Positions 23,304-31,943 of a stretch of 64,000 bases of DNA are shown here, one piece after another. The stretch comes from Betaproteobacteria bacterium (GTDB lineage: Bacteria; Pseudomonadota; Gammaproteobacteria; Burkholderiales; SG8-39). A model generated the notes under the pieces. The model was given only the letters and a program-made list of their open reading frames with translations, did no database searches and was not told where the DNA came from. The stretch is taken from NCBI GenBank assembly GCA_004297625.1, contig SCTY01000056.1:71843-135842 (forward strand), read 5' to 3'. Both the position numbers and the translations under genes were made by a program. Within the stretch, counting starts at the first letter, position 1. Every line of letters starts with the position of its first letter.

Positions 23304-25295
23304 TTGAGTTTCCTCAACTGGGAAGGAAGGCGGCATCGCCCGGGCGGCGCCTGGGCGGTGCTGATCCGCATCGGTTCGGTCATCGCTACGGTCTACGTCC
23401 TGTGGATCGGCGCGCTGGCGCAGATCGTCGGCAATGCGGCGCTGTGGCTTGTGCCCTACCTCCCGTTCGAGTCCGTGTCGACGTTTGCGGCCTGGGCACG
23501 CGCCTACACCGCGAACTGGCACCTCGACATTTCGATCTTCATCGCGATCACCTTTCCGATCGCGTTCCTCACCACCACGGGACGCCGCGGGCGCGAGCGC
23601 CTTGCCTGGACCGACATCGCGCTGGCGGCGCTCTCCTTTGCCGTGGCGCTCTACTACATCGTCCTCGACGACAGGTTCCTCAACTGGAGCCGCGGCTTCT
23701 CGCAGCCGACCCATGCCGATATAGCGGTCGGCCTGCTGCTCGTCGCGCTGGTCGTCGAGCTGTGCCGCCGCAGCACCGGCTGGGGGCTTACGACGCTCGT
23801 GATTCTCCTGCTCGGCTTCACGGTCTTCGGCGCATGGATGCCGGGGGCGCTCAAGCACGAGAATTTCGGCATCAACTACTTCATCGAGATGATGACCATC
23901 ACGGAGAACGGGATCTACGGCGCGCCGCTCGAGGTCGCGGCCACCTATGCGTTCCTCTTCGTGCTCTTCGGCAGCTTCTACGAGAAGTCGGGCGGCGGGC
24001 AGCTTTTCTTCGAGCTGGCGGGCGCGGTGACCGGGCGCATGCGGGGCGGCGCGGCGAAGGCCTGCGTCACGGCGAGCGGTCTCTACGGCTCGGTTTCCGG
24101 GAGCCCGACCGCCGACGTCGCGACCACCGGCCCGCTCACCATCCCGATCATGACAAGGATGGGCATCCCGGCGGCGCGCGCCGCGGCCATCGAGGCCACC
24201 GCCTCGAGCGGCGGGGCGATGCTGCCCCCGGTGATGGGCGCCGTCGCGTTCATCATGTCGGACCTCACCAACATTCCGTACCAGAGCATCGCCTGGGCCT
24301 CGGTGCTTCCGGCGCTGCTCTACTACTACTCGATCTTTCTCCTGGTTCACAACGAGGCGGTGCGCCACGACGAGCCGAGGATGCCCGATGACCAGATCGT
24401 CCCGCTCGCGAAGGCGCTCGCCGGCGGCTGGCGCCACCTGCTGCCGCTCGCCGCGCTGATCGGCCTGCTCGTCGCCGGCTACACGCCGGTGTACGTCGCG
24501 GCCGGCGCGACGGCCGCGGTGATCGTGCTTTCGTGGTTCCACCGGCCGACGGCGATCGGCCCGCGGCGCTTCGTCGAATGCTGTACAGCGACGATCACGC
24601 AGCTCGTACCGCTGGTCGGCGCGGTAGCGGCTGCCGGCGTGGTGATCGGCGCGATCGAAATCAGCGCGCTCGCCGGCAAGTTCACGCTCCTCATCAGCAC
24701 CATCTCCGGCGGGCTGCTGATCCCGACGCTGCTGCTCTCGGCGGTGTTCCTCATCCTGCTCGGCATGGGCATGCCGACGCCTGCGGTGTACATCATGGGG
24801 GCGGCGCTCCTCGCGCCGGTGCTGCGCGGCGTGTTCAACCTGCCGGAGATGCAGGTGCACCTCTTCATGCTGTACTTCTCCTGCCTGTCGGCGATTACGC
24901 CGCCGGTGGCGGTCGCGAACTTTGCCGCCGGCGCCATTGCCGGCGTGAACCCGATGGCGCTGGGCCCCTACACCGTGAAGCTCGCGATCGGCGGCTTCAT
25001 CCTGCCGTTCTACTTCATCTTCAATCCCGGATTGAACATGCAGGGCGGGCTCTGGTACATCGTCGAGTGCACGGTCTTCGCCGTCGCCATGGTCAGCTTC
25101 GCCTCGTTCGCGATGCAGGGCCACCTCGGGCTGCGGCCGATTCCCCGCGCGGGGCGCTTGCTGCTCTTCGCCTGCGGCGTGGCCACCGTTTCGCCGCGCT
25201 TCGACGTGACGCTCGGCGCGGTGGTGCTCGGCGCGCTCGCGCTAGTTCTTGTTCAGCTGCGCGGCCGCCCAGCGAAGATCGACGTTTCCGCCTGA
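23304..25295 (+). CDS. TRAP transporter fused permease (DctQ/DctM-like, TAXI-associated)
   Basis: 663 aa and highly hydrophobic throughout. The track start is a TTG at 23304, so the exact start is uncertain. Confidence 0.88.
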   Translation: MSFLNWEGRRHRPGGAWAVLIRIGSVIATVYVLWIGALAQIVGNAALWLVPYLPFESVSTFAAWARAYTANWHLDISIFIAITFPIAFLTTTGRRGRERLAWTDIALAALSFAVALYYIVLDDRFLNWSRGFSQPTHADIAVGLLLVALVVELCRRSTGWGLTTLVILLLGFTVFGAWMPGALKHENFGINYFIEMMTITENGIYGAPLEVAATYAFLFVLFGSFYEKSGGGQLFFELAGAVTGRMRGGAAKACVTASGLYGSVSGSPTADVATTGPLTIPIMTRMGIPAARAAAIEATASSGGAMLPPVMGAVAFIMSDLTNIPYQSIAWASVLPALLYYYSIFLLVHNEAVRHDEPRMPDDQIVPLAKALAGGWRHLLPLAALIGLLVAGYTPVYVAAGATAAVIVLSWFHRPTAIGPRRFVECCTATITQLVPLVGAVAAAGVVIGAIEISALAGKFTLLISTISGGLLIPTLLLSAVFLILLGMGMPTPAVYIMGAALLAPVLRGVFNLPEMQVHLFMLYFSCLSAITPPVAVANFAAGAIAGVNPMALGPYTVKLAIGGFILPFYFIFNPGLNMQGGLWYIVECTVFAVAMVSFASFAMQGHLGLRPIPRAGRLLLFACGVATVSPRFDVTLGAVVLGALALVLVQLRGRPAKIDVSA

Positions 25296-26195
25296 CAGCA
25301 CCACGCCGACCCGCAGTTTCTCCAGATTCAGTTTTTTTTCAAGAACTGCGCAAGCCGCCAATGCTCCCGTGGGCTCCACCACGATCTTCATGCGCTCCCA
25401 CAGGAAGAACATCGAGCGCAGGAGCTCCTCGTCGGTGACCGTGAGCATGTCCGCGACGTAGCTCAGCACGAGCGGAAACGTCAGCTTGCCCAGCGAGGTG
25501 GTGCGCGCGCCGTCGGCGATGGTGTCGGGCGTTTCGATTTTCACCAGCTTTTTTTCTTTGAAAGAACGCGTCGCGTCATCGCCGGCGGCAGGCTCGACGC
25601 CGATCACGCGGCAGTCGGGCGCGAGCCGCCGCGCGGCCACCGCGCAGCCGGAAATCAGTCCGCCGCCGCCGCACGGCACGAGAAGGGCATCGATCGGCCC
25701 CGCGTCCTCGATCAGCTCCTTCGCCGCGGTTCCCTGGCCGGCGATGATGTGCGGATGGTCGAAGGGCGGAATCAGCGTGAGGTTGCGCTGCGCGCACAAT
25801 CGTGCCGCCAGCTCTTCGCGGTTCTCGCCTTTTTGGTACAGGACGACCTCGCCGCCGTAGCCGCGCGTAGCGTCCAGTTTCACCTTCGGCGCGTCCGCCG
25901 GCATGACGATCACGGTGGAGATATTTAATATTTTTCCAGCGAGGGCGACGGCCTGCGCGTGATTGCCCGAGGAGAAGGCGAGCACGCCGAGCTTCTTTTC
26001 CTCGTCGGTGAGCTGCGAGAGCGCGTTGTAGGCGCCGCGGAACTTGAACGCGCCCATGCGTTGGAAGTTCTCGCATTTGAAGAACACGCGCGCGCCCGTG
26101 ATGGCATCGACGGTGGCGGAGGTCAGCACCGGCGTGCGCCGCGCGACCGGCTTGAGCCGCTCGTGCGCGGCCGCGATGTCGTCGTAGGTCACCAT
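25242..26195 (-). CDS. PLP-dependent threonine/serine dehydratase family (serine racemase / threo-3-hydroxyaspartate ammonia-lyase-like)
   Basis: 317 aa with the PLP-lysine motif FFKCENFQRMGAFKFRGA and the glycine loop GGGGLISG. Confidence 0.9.
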   Translation of the reverse strand: MVTYDDIAAAHERLKPVARRTPVLTSATVDAITGARVFFKCENFQRMGAFKFRGAYNALSQLTDEEKKLGVLAFSSGNHAQAVALAGKILNISTVIVMPADAPKVKLDATRGYGGEVVLYQKGENREELAARLCAQRNLTLIPPFDHPHIIAGQGTAAKELIEDAGPIDALLVPCGGGGLISGCAVAARRLAPDCRVIGVEPAAGDDATRSFKEKKLVKIETPDTIADGARTTSLGKLTFPLVLSYVADMLTVTDEELLRSMFFLWERMKIVVEPTGALAACAVLEKKLNLEKLRVGVVLSGGNVDLRWAAAQLNKN

Positions 26196-26202
26196 TGGCG
26201 CG

Positions 26203-26212
26203 ATTGTAGAAT
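26203..26212. promoter_or_regulatory. back-to-back overlapping -10 boxes in ATTGTAGAAT: TACAAT on the minus strand and TAGAAT on the plus strand, sharing the central TA
   Basis: The whole divergent intergenic region is 23 bp. TAGAAT lies 6 nt upstream of ATG 26219 (+). TACAAT lies 7 nt upstream of ATG 26195 (-). The 12-mer ATTGTAGAATGC recurs at 53604-53615. Confidence 0.45.
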
Positions 26213-26218
26213 GCCGCG

Positions 26219-27025
26219 ATGAACTATTCCGCGTACCAGGACCTGAAGGTCCGCAGCCTCGAACCGGGCATTCTCGAAATCGTGATGGGCGAGGAGGGCA
26301 GGCTCGCGGTCGCCACCGCCAACGCGCACGCCGAAATGGCGCGCATCTGGCTCGACGTGGATCGCGACCCGGACTGCCGCGTCGCCATCCTGCGCGGCGC
26401 GGGAAAGGGCTTCTCGGCGGGCGGCGACCTCGCGATGGTGGAGGAAGTGACGCGCGACTTCGCCGTGCGCGCCCGGGTGTGGCGCGAGGCGCGCGATCTC
26501 GTCTACAACATGATCAACTGCTCGAAGATCGTCGTTTCGGCGATGCATGGCCCGGCGGTGGGCGCGGGCCTCGTCGCCGGGCTGCTCGCCGACATCTCCA
26601 TCGCGGCGCGCAACGCGCGCCTCATCGACGGCCACACGCGCCTCGGAGTCGCCGCCGGAGACCACGCGGCGATCGTCTGGCCGCTGCTTTGCGGGATGGC
26701 AAAGGCGAAGTACTACCTGCTGACTTGCGAGCAGATGAGCGGCGAAGAGGCCGAACGCCTCGGGCTGGTGTCGCTCACCTGCGACGAAGCGGAGCTGCAG
26801 GCAAAGGCGCTGGACGTGGCGCGCAGGATTGCGGCCGGGGCGCAGACCGCGATTCGCTGGACCAAGTACTCGCTCAACAACTGGCTGCGCATGGCGGGGC
26901 CGACGTTCGACGCTTCGCTCGCCTTCGAGATGCTCGGCTTTACCGGGCCGGAGGTGAAAGAAGGCATCGCCTCGCACCGCGAGAAGAGGAAGCCCGTCTT
27001 CCCGCCGGAGCCGAAGGACTTCTAG
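26219..27025 (+). CDS. enoyl-CoA hydratase/isomerase family protein
   Basis: 268 aa with a crotonase fold and the oxyanion-hole motif [12 protein letters not shown]. Confidence 0.9.
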   Translation: MNYSAYQDLKVRSLEPGILEIVMGEEGRLAVATANAHAEMARIWLDVDRDPDCRVAILRGAGKGFSAGGDLAMVEEVTRDFAVRARVWREARDLVYNMINCSKIVVSAMHGPAVGAGLVAGLLADISIAARNARLIDGHTRLGVAAGDHAAIVWPLLCGMAKAKYYLLTCEQMSGEEAERLGLVSLTCDEAELQAKALDVARRIAAGAQTAIRWTKYSLNNWLRMAGPTFDASLAFEMLGFTGPEVKEGIASHREKRKPVFPPEPKDF

Positions 27026-27026
27026 C

Positions 27027-27359
27027 TTAGGGCGGCGGCGCGCTGAAGTCGAGGTCCGAGCCCGGGCCGCCGTCGGGCGTGCGCGGCGCCGGGCCGGCGC
27101 AAAGCCGCTGCAGGTCTTTCACGATCGCCGCGGCATCCGCGCCGGTGCGCCCGCCCATCGTGGTGAGCAGGACGCGGATCGGGAGATCGGTGAGGGTCGG
27201 CTGCGGGTGATCGCGCAAATGCGCGACGTTCTGCAGCGCCGGCATGGCGCGCGTGCTGCGGAAGCCGCCCATTTCGTTCTCCATCGCCTGCACGATCGCC
27301 GCCTGCGCGCGCGCGATGCCGATCAGCAACTGCGCGAGATGCTGCGCCGAGATCTCCAT
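27027..27359 (-). CDS. hypothetical protein (110 aa)
   Basis: ATG 27359 is preceded by GGAAGGGGG. The sequence starts MEISAQHLAQLLIGIARAQAAIVQAMENE.... No family was recognised. The upstream part of the track ORF was rejected. Confidence 0.5.
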   Translation of the reverse strand: MEISAQHLAQLLIGIARAQAAIVQAMENEMGGFRSTRAMPALQNVAHLRDHPQPTLTDLPIRVLLTTMGGRTGADAAAIVKDLQRLCAGPAPRTPDGGPGSDLDFSAPPP

Positions 27360-27385
27360 GCGAGCCCCCTTCCGTGGTTGGGGCG

Positions 27386-27395
27386 ATGTTAGCAT
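27386..27395. promoter_or_regulatory. back-to-back overlapping -10 boxes in ATGTTAGCAT: TAACAT on the minus strand and TAGCAT on the plus strand, sharing the central TA
   Basis: TAGCAT lies 7 nt upstream of ATG 27403 (+). TAACAT lies 26 nt upstream of ATG 27359 (-), whose leader contains a Shine-Dalgarno sequence. Confidence 0.35.
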
Positions 27396-27402
27396 CCCCC
27401 CG

Positions 27403-27774
27403 ATGTTTTCCTGGAAGCGCCCGGACAACCTGGGCGTGCGCGGCGGGCAGCTCGCGCCGTGCAAGCGCTCGCCGAACTGCGTCTCCTCGCAGGCGAATCC
27501 CTCCGACGTCGAGCACTGCATCGCGCCGCTCCGCGGCAGCATGGAAGCGATTCGAAAAGTACTCCACGGTATGAAACGCGTCAGAGTGATCGCCGAGGAG
27601 GAGAACTACGTCTATGCCGAGTTCCGCACGCCGCTCATGCGCTACGTGGACGACGTCGAGTTCTATTTCGACGGTACCGTCATTCAGGTGCGCTCGTGCT
27701 CGCGCCTGGGACGGCGCGATTTCGGAGCGAACCGCAAGCGCGTCGAGCGCCTGCGTGCTCTCATAGAGCGGTAA
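27403..27774 (+). CDS. DUF1499 domain protein
   Basis: 123 aa from ATG 27403. The features PCKRSPNCVSSQA and VDDVEFYF...RSCSRLGRRDFGANRKRVE are characteristic of DUF1499. Confidence 0.8.
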   Translation: MFSWKRPDNLGVRGGQLAPCKRSPNCVSSQANPSDVEHCIAPLRGSMEAIRKVLHGMKRVRVIAEEENYVYAEFRTPLMRYVDDVEFYFDGTVIQVRSCSRLGRRDFGANRKRVERLRALIER

Positions 27775-29095
27775 CGTCTCGCGAAGTTTCCAGGCGCCAC
27801 AGGCGCTCGAGCAGCGCCGACGCCCGCTGCGCGCCGATCACGGGCACGGCGAGCTCCAGATACTTGGCGCGCAATTGCGCATCGGACAGCGGCGCCTCGG
27901 GGTCGCCGACGCGCGTCGGCTGCAGCCACTCGTCGTGCCGCCCGTCGCGGCTCCCGATGGCGACCCGCGCCGCGCGCTGCCTGGGAAAAGACGCGTCGAG
28001 CTCCGGGTCCACGGCGAGTTCGATCTTGCGCATCAAAGCGCGCGTGCCGGCATCGCCGAGCCGCGCCGGCTCGAAGGCCGCGAGCCGCACGCTGCCGTGT
28101 CGCAGCGCGTTCGCGACGACGTATTTGAGCGAGAAGCGGGCCTCGGCGGGCGTCGCCGGCGTCTCGTAGCAGGCGACCTCGAGCGCCGTCTTGTAAGTCG
28201 CGATGCGCACGCGCTCGATCTCCTCGGCGGGCAGCTTCATCTTCGCCTGCAGCGCGAGCGCGCCGTCGATGGCGGCGAAGGTATGCCCGCAGCAGGCATG
28301 GTTCTTGAAGGTCATGCGCGTGATGTGGAAGTCTTTGCCGAGCGCGGCGAGCGCGCGCTCCCAGTCCGGGCCGTCACTCATGGCGCGCCCGTAGCCCGAC
28401 TCGCCCTCGATCACGTCGAGCGAGCCGGTGACGCCTTCGGCCGCGGCAAGGGCCGCCGTGACGCCGGCTTCGGCGGCGTGCCCCGCGTGCAGCGGCTTCG
28501 ACATCGAGTCCATGCGAAACGCCTGCTGCAGGCCCGCCGAAAACGTAGCGGCGGTGGCGAGCGCGTGCGCGAAGCGCTCCGGCTCCAGCGCGAGGATCTC
28601 GGCTGCGGCCGCGCAGGCGCCGAAGACGCCGATGGTGCCGGTGTTGTGCCAATAGCGGTAATGCGCGCGGCCCATCGCGGCGCCGATGCGCGTGGAGATC
28701 TCGTAGCCGACGACGACCGCGCGCAGGAACCTTTCGCCGGTCACCTTTCCCGCTTGTGCCAGCGCGAGCGTGGCGGCAATCGTGGGCGCGCCGGGATGGA
28801 AGATGCCGTCGCGGAAGATGTCGTCGACTTCGGCGCTGTGCGCGGCGGTGCCGTTGATCAGCGCGGCGGCGCGCACCGTCGCAGCGCGGCCGAGCGCGAG
28901 CCGCGCGTCGCCGCGGTCGAGCTCTTCGGCGAGGGCCTTCTCGAGCAACGTCGCCGGCGCCGTCACCGCGCCAGGCAAGAGCGCGGCATGCCAGTCGATG
29001 ACCGCGCGCTTGGCGTGGTGCAGCACTTCGGACGCGAGAGGCTCGGAGCGGTAGTGGCTCGCCCAGGCGGCACAGCGCTCGACCACGTGCATCAT
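27761..29095 (-). CDS. MmgE/PrpD family protein
   Basis: 444 aa from ATG 29095, which overlaps the upstream stop by 1 nt. PrpD-type segments include LINGTAAHSAEVDD and HNTGTIGVFGA. Confidence 0.9.
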   Translation of the reverse strand: MMHVVERCAAWASHYRSEPLASEVLHHAKRAVIDWHAALLPGAVTAPATLLEKALAEELDRGDARLALGRAATVRAAALINGTAAHSAEVDDIFRDGIFHPGAPTIAATLALAQAGKVTGERFLRAVVVGYEISTRIGAAMGRAHYRYWHNTGTIGVFGACAAAAEILALEPERFAHALATAATFSAGLQQAFRMDSMSKPLHAGHAAEAGVTAALAAAEGVTGSLDVIEGESGYGRAMSDGPDWERALAALGKDFHITRMTFKNHACCGHTFAAIDGALALQAKMKLPAEEIERVRIATYKTALEVACYETPATPAEARFSLKYVVANALRHGSVRLAAFEPARLGDAGTRALMRKIELAVDPELDASFPRQRAARVAIGSRDGRHDEWLQPTRVGDPEAPLSDAQLRAKYLELAVPVIGAQRASALLERLWRLETSRDVTAL

Positions 29096-30684
29096 CAGAA
29101 CTGCGCTGCGTACTGCGCGGGGTCGATCACCGCGCCGATGACGAGCGGACGCTCGGGCGAACGCCGGCCGAGCGCCTCTTGCAAGGTTTTTTCGTCGCTT
29201 GCCATGACGCCGTCGCAGCCCATGGCGGGTGCCAGCCGCTCGAGGTCGACGGGCTCGATAAGCGTCCCCCAGCTCGGGTACTTGCGTTGCGCCTGCTTCA
29301 GCTCGATGCGGTTGAGGCTGTTGTCGCAGAAGACGATCACAACCAGGCCGAGCTTGAGCGCCGCAGCGAGCCCGAGCTCGCCTTGCACCATGGCGAAGCC
29401 GCCGTCGCCGACGAAGCTCACCACCGCTTTCCCGGGATGGACCAGCTTCGCCGCGATGCCGGCCGGCAGCGAATAGCCCATCGAGGAAAGCCCGTTGGTC
29501 ATCAGCATCGCGCGCGGCTGGTACGTGGCCCAGCCCTGGCCCACGAGCAGCTTGTGCGAGCCCACGTCGGTGGAGGCGATGGCGTCGCGCGGCATGGCGG
29601 CGCGTACCACGTCGATGACGTCGGTGGGGTTCAGCTTGCCCGACACGCGCCCCGCGTAGTACGCCTGCTTCAAGCCCTCGCGGTGGGCGGCGAGTTGCGC
29701 TTGACTCCAGCGCTCGAGGGTCCCGCACGCAGAAGCCAGCGCTTCCAGAATGCCGGGGATGGAGCCCACGAGCTCCACCTCGGCCGGATAGATCTGGTCG
29801 GTGTTCGGCGTGCTGTCGATGTGGATCGTCGGCACGGCGAGCGTCCAGGGCTTGATGAGCTCGACCGCGTCGAAGCCGGCGCACAGCAGCAGGTCTGCGC
29901 CTCTCAGGAATTCCCAGACGTACTGGTTGCACGCCATGTCGAGCGTGCCCGCGTAGTACGCGTGGTCCTCCGGCATCACGCCCTTCGCCATCGGCGATAC
30001 CACCACCGGGCAGCCGATCGTCTCGGCAAAATGGACCAAGGCGGCGCTCGCGCCGGCGCGCAGCGCCGAGATGCCGGCGAGCACCATGGGGCGCCGGGCG
30101 CCTTTGAGGCGCTTGATCGAGTCGGTATCGCCGAACACCTGCGTCGATTGCCGGCTCTCGAGCGGCGGCAGCACGACGCGGTCGTCCGTGGCTTCGGCGC
30201 GTACGACGTCCGCGTGGGTCGTGATGTGCACCGAGCCGGGGCGCTCGGCCATCGCCGTGCGCAGCGCCTTGCGCATCACGCCGCCCACGGTATCGGGCGC
30301 AACATGCGCCGCCCATTTGCTGACCGGCGAGAAGATCAGGTTGTGGTTCAGCACCTGGTGCGTAAATGTCTGCTCGCGCTTGCGCTCGATCTGCCCCGAG
30401 AGCGCGATGAGCGGAACGCGATCGAGCAGGGCGCCCGCCACCGCGTTCACCAGGTTCGAGGAGCCCGGGCCGAGCGTGGACATGCACACGCCGGGGCGAG
30501 CGGTCAGGAAGCCGTAGGCCTCGGCCATCAGCCCCGCGGTTCCCTCGCGCCGGCCGAGCACGAACTGCATGCCGGCGCGCCGCGCGGCTTCCATGAAGTC
30601 GATGTTCGGATCGCCCGGATAGCCGAAGATGTAGCCGATCCCCGCCGCCTTCAGGTATTGCGCCATCACTTCGGAAACGTTCAT
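29095..30684 (-). CDS. thiamine pyrophosphate-dependent enzyme (acetolactate synthase large subunit-like)
   Basis: 529 aa with the N-terminal IFGYPGDPN and the TPP-binding motif SFVGDGGFAMVQGELG...N. Confidence 0.9.
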   Translation of the reverse strand: MNVSEVMAQYLKAAGIGYIFGYPGDPNIDFMEAARRAGMQFVLGRREGTAGLMAEAYGFLTARPGVCMSTLGPGSSNLVNAVAGALLDRVPLIALSGQIERKREQTFTHQVLNHNLIFSPVSKWAAHVAPDTVGGVMRKALRTAMAERPGSVHITTHADVVRAEATDDRVVLPPLESRQSTQVFGDTDSIKRLKGARRPMVLAGISALRAGASAALVHFAETIGCPVVVSPMAKGVMPEDHAYYAGTLDMACNQYVWEFLRGADLLLCAGFDAVELIKPWTLAVPTIHIDSTPNTDQIYPAEVELVGSIPGILEALASACGTLERWSQAQLAAHREGLKQAYYAGRVSGKLNPTDVIDVVRAAMPRDAIASTDVGSHKLLVGQGWATYQPRAMLMTNGLSSMGYSLPAGIAAKLVHPGKAVVSFVGDGGFAMVQGELGLAAALKLGLVVIVFCDNSLNRIELKQAQRKYPSWGTLIEPVDLERLAPAMGCDGVMASDEKTLQEALGRRSPERPLVIGAVIDPAQYAAQF

Positions 30685-31559
30685 GCCTTTTTCCCCAGCG
30701 CCTTGCGGATGGCGCCGATCAGCTCAGCCCGGTTTTCGGTCTTGCGTGCGCCCAGTTGCTCCTTCACGTGCAGGTCGGCGAGCCATTGCTGGCGCGCCGC
30801 GGTGGCTGCGGCCATGAGCGGCTCGATGCCGATGCCCTGCAGCGTCTCGGCGACCTCGCGCATCTCGGCGGCGCGCCGCTTGCCATGGCTCACGACGCGC
30901 TCGAGCATGTAGCCCGAGAGCTTCTCCCAGTCGAGCGCCGGAAACGTTTCCTCGAGCGAGGCGAGCACGCGCTCCTCTACGCGGTACTCGCTGGCCGCGA
31001 GCATCGACTCGAGCACCAGCGCCTCCAGGCCCTTGATCATGATCGAGCGGAACATCTTGATCGCCGAGGCCTGACCCACCTCGTCCGCCACCCGGTCCAT
31101 CTTCATCCCCATCGCCCGGGCGCGCGGCAGGAGCTCGGCCGCCCCCGGGCCGCCGATGAGGCAGGGCATCTTGTGCTGATAAGGCGCGACCGGAGCCATT
31201 ACCGCGACATCGACATAAGCGGCCCCGGTGGGCGCGACGCGGGCGGCGGTCTCCCTCTTTCGCTGCGGCGACACTGAATTGATGTCGAGGAAGAGCTGGC
31301 CCTTGCGCAGGCCCGGCAGGCACGAGATCGCGGCGTCCAGGCTCGAGCTCGCGGTAACGGCGAGGAACACCATGTCCGCCTCGCGTACCGCGTCGACGTG
31401 ATCGTGCGCGACTTCGACGTCGAGCGCACGCGCTGCGTCAACCAGCCGTCCGGGGAAAAGAATGTCGTAGGCGCGGATGCGGGCCGCCTTTGCCGATACC
31501 AATCCGCGGCTGATCGTCTGCCCGGCCTCGCCGAAGCCGATGAATGCGATGCGCTCCAT
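30681..31559 (-). CDS. NAD(P)-dependent oxidoreductase (6-phosphogluconate/3-hydroxyisobutyrate dehydrogenase-like with a DUF1932-type C-terminus)
   Basis: 292 aa with the Rossmann motif IAFIGFGEAG. Its stop overlaps the TPP gene start (ATGA). Confidence 0.85.
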   Translation of the reverse strand: MERIAFIGFGEAGQTISRGLVSAKAARIRAYDILFPGRLVDAARALDVEVAHDHVDAVREADMVFLAVTASSSLDAAISCLPGLRKGQLFLDINSVSPQRKRETAARVAPTGAAYVDVAVMAPVAPYQHKMPCLIGGPGAAELLPRARAMGMKMDRVADEVGQASAIKMFRSIMIKGLEALVLESMLAASEYRVEERVLASLEETFPALDWEKLSGYMLERVVSHGKRRAAEMREVAETLQGIGIEPLMAAATAARQQWLADLHVKEQLGARKTENRAELIGAIRKALGKKA

Positions 31560-31624
31560 GCCCTATTGTTGCGGAATCGAGCCTTCCCGGCTATTAATGC
31601 CGCGTCCAGGGGAGGAGCCGATGA

Positions 31625-31690
31625 ACAGATCGCGCCGGAATCCTTACGAATCCGCGCAACCTCGTCTGGGGCACCGACTGGCCGCACCCG
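31625..31690 (+). pseudogene. relic of an amidohydrolase_2 (PF04909-type) gene: only the near-C-terminal motif survives
   Basis: A short open stretch after a TGA reads TDRAGILTNPRNLVWGTDWPHP. VWG(T/S)DWPHP is the signature C-terminal metal-ligand motif of this family. No similarity was seen on either side. Confidence 0.4.
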
Positions 31691-31691
31691 C

Positions 31692-31943
31692 GGCCGGCTC
31701 TTCGTCTCGCGCTTGTCGCCCGACGGCCCCGGCGAACGCGCGGGCCTGCGGGAGAACGACATCGTTCTCGCGGTGGGCGCCGACGAGGTGGCGACGCTTG
31801 CGGATTTCTATCGCCGGATCTGGAGCCGGGGCGCTGCCGGCGTGGGCGTGCCGCTCAAGATTCTGCGCGGCGCGCAGATCAAGGACGTTAACGTGCCCTC
31901 GATCGAGCGCGCGCGCTACTTCAGCGCCTCAAAGACCTATTAG
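31692..31943 (+). pseudogene. relic of a trypsin-like (S1C-type) serine protease: only the C-terminal PDZ-like part survives
   Basis: GRLFVSRLSPDGPGERAGLRENDIVLAVGADEVATLADFYRRIWSRGAAGVGVPLKILRGAQIKDVNVPSIERARYF matches the C-terminal ~85 aa of small PDZ-bearing proteases. The ~200-aa catalytic domain is absent. There is no ATG/GTG start; only TTG codons at 31566 and 31569 are available. It abuts the amidohydrolase relic in a different frame. Confidence 0.55.
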
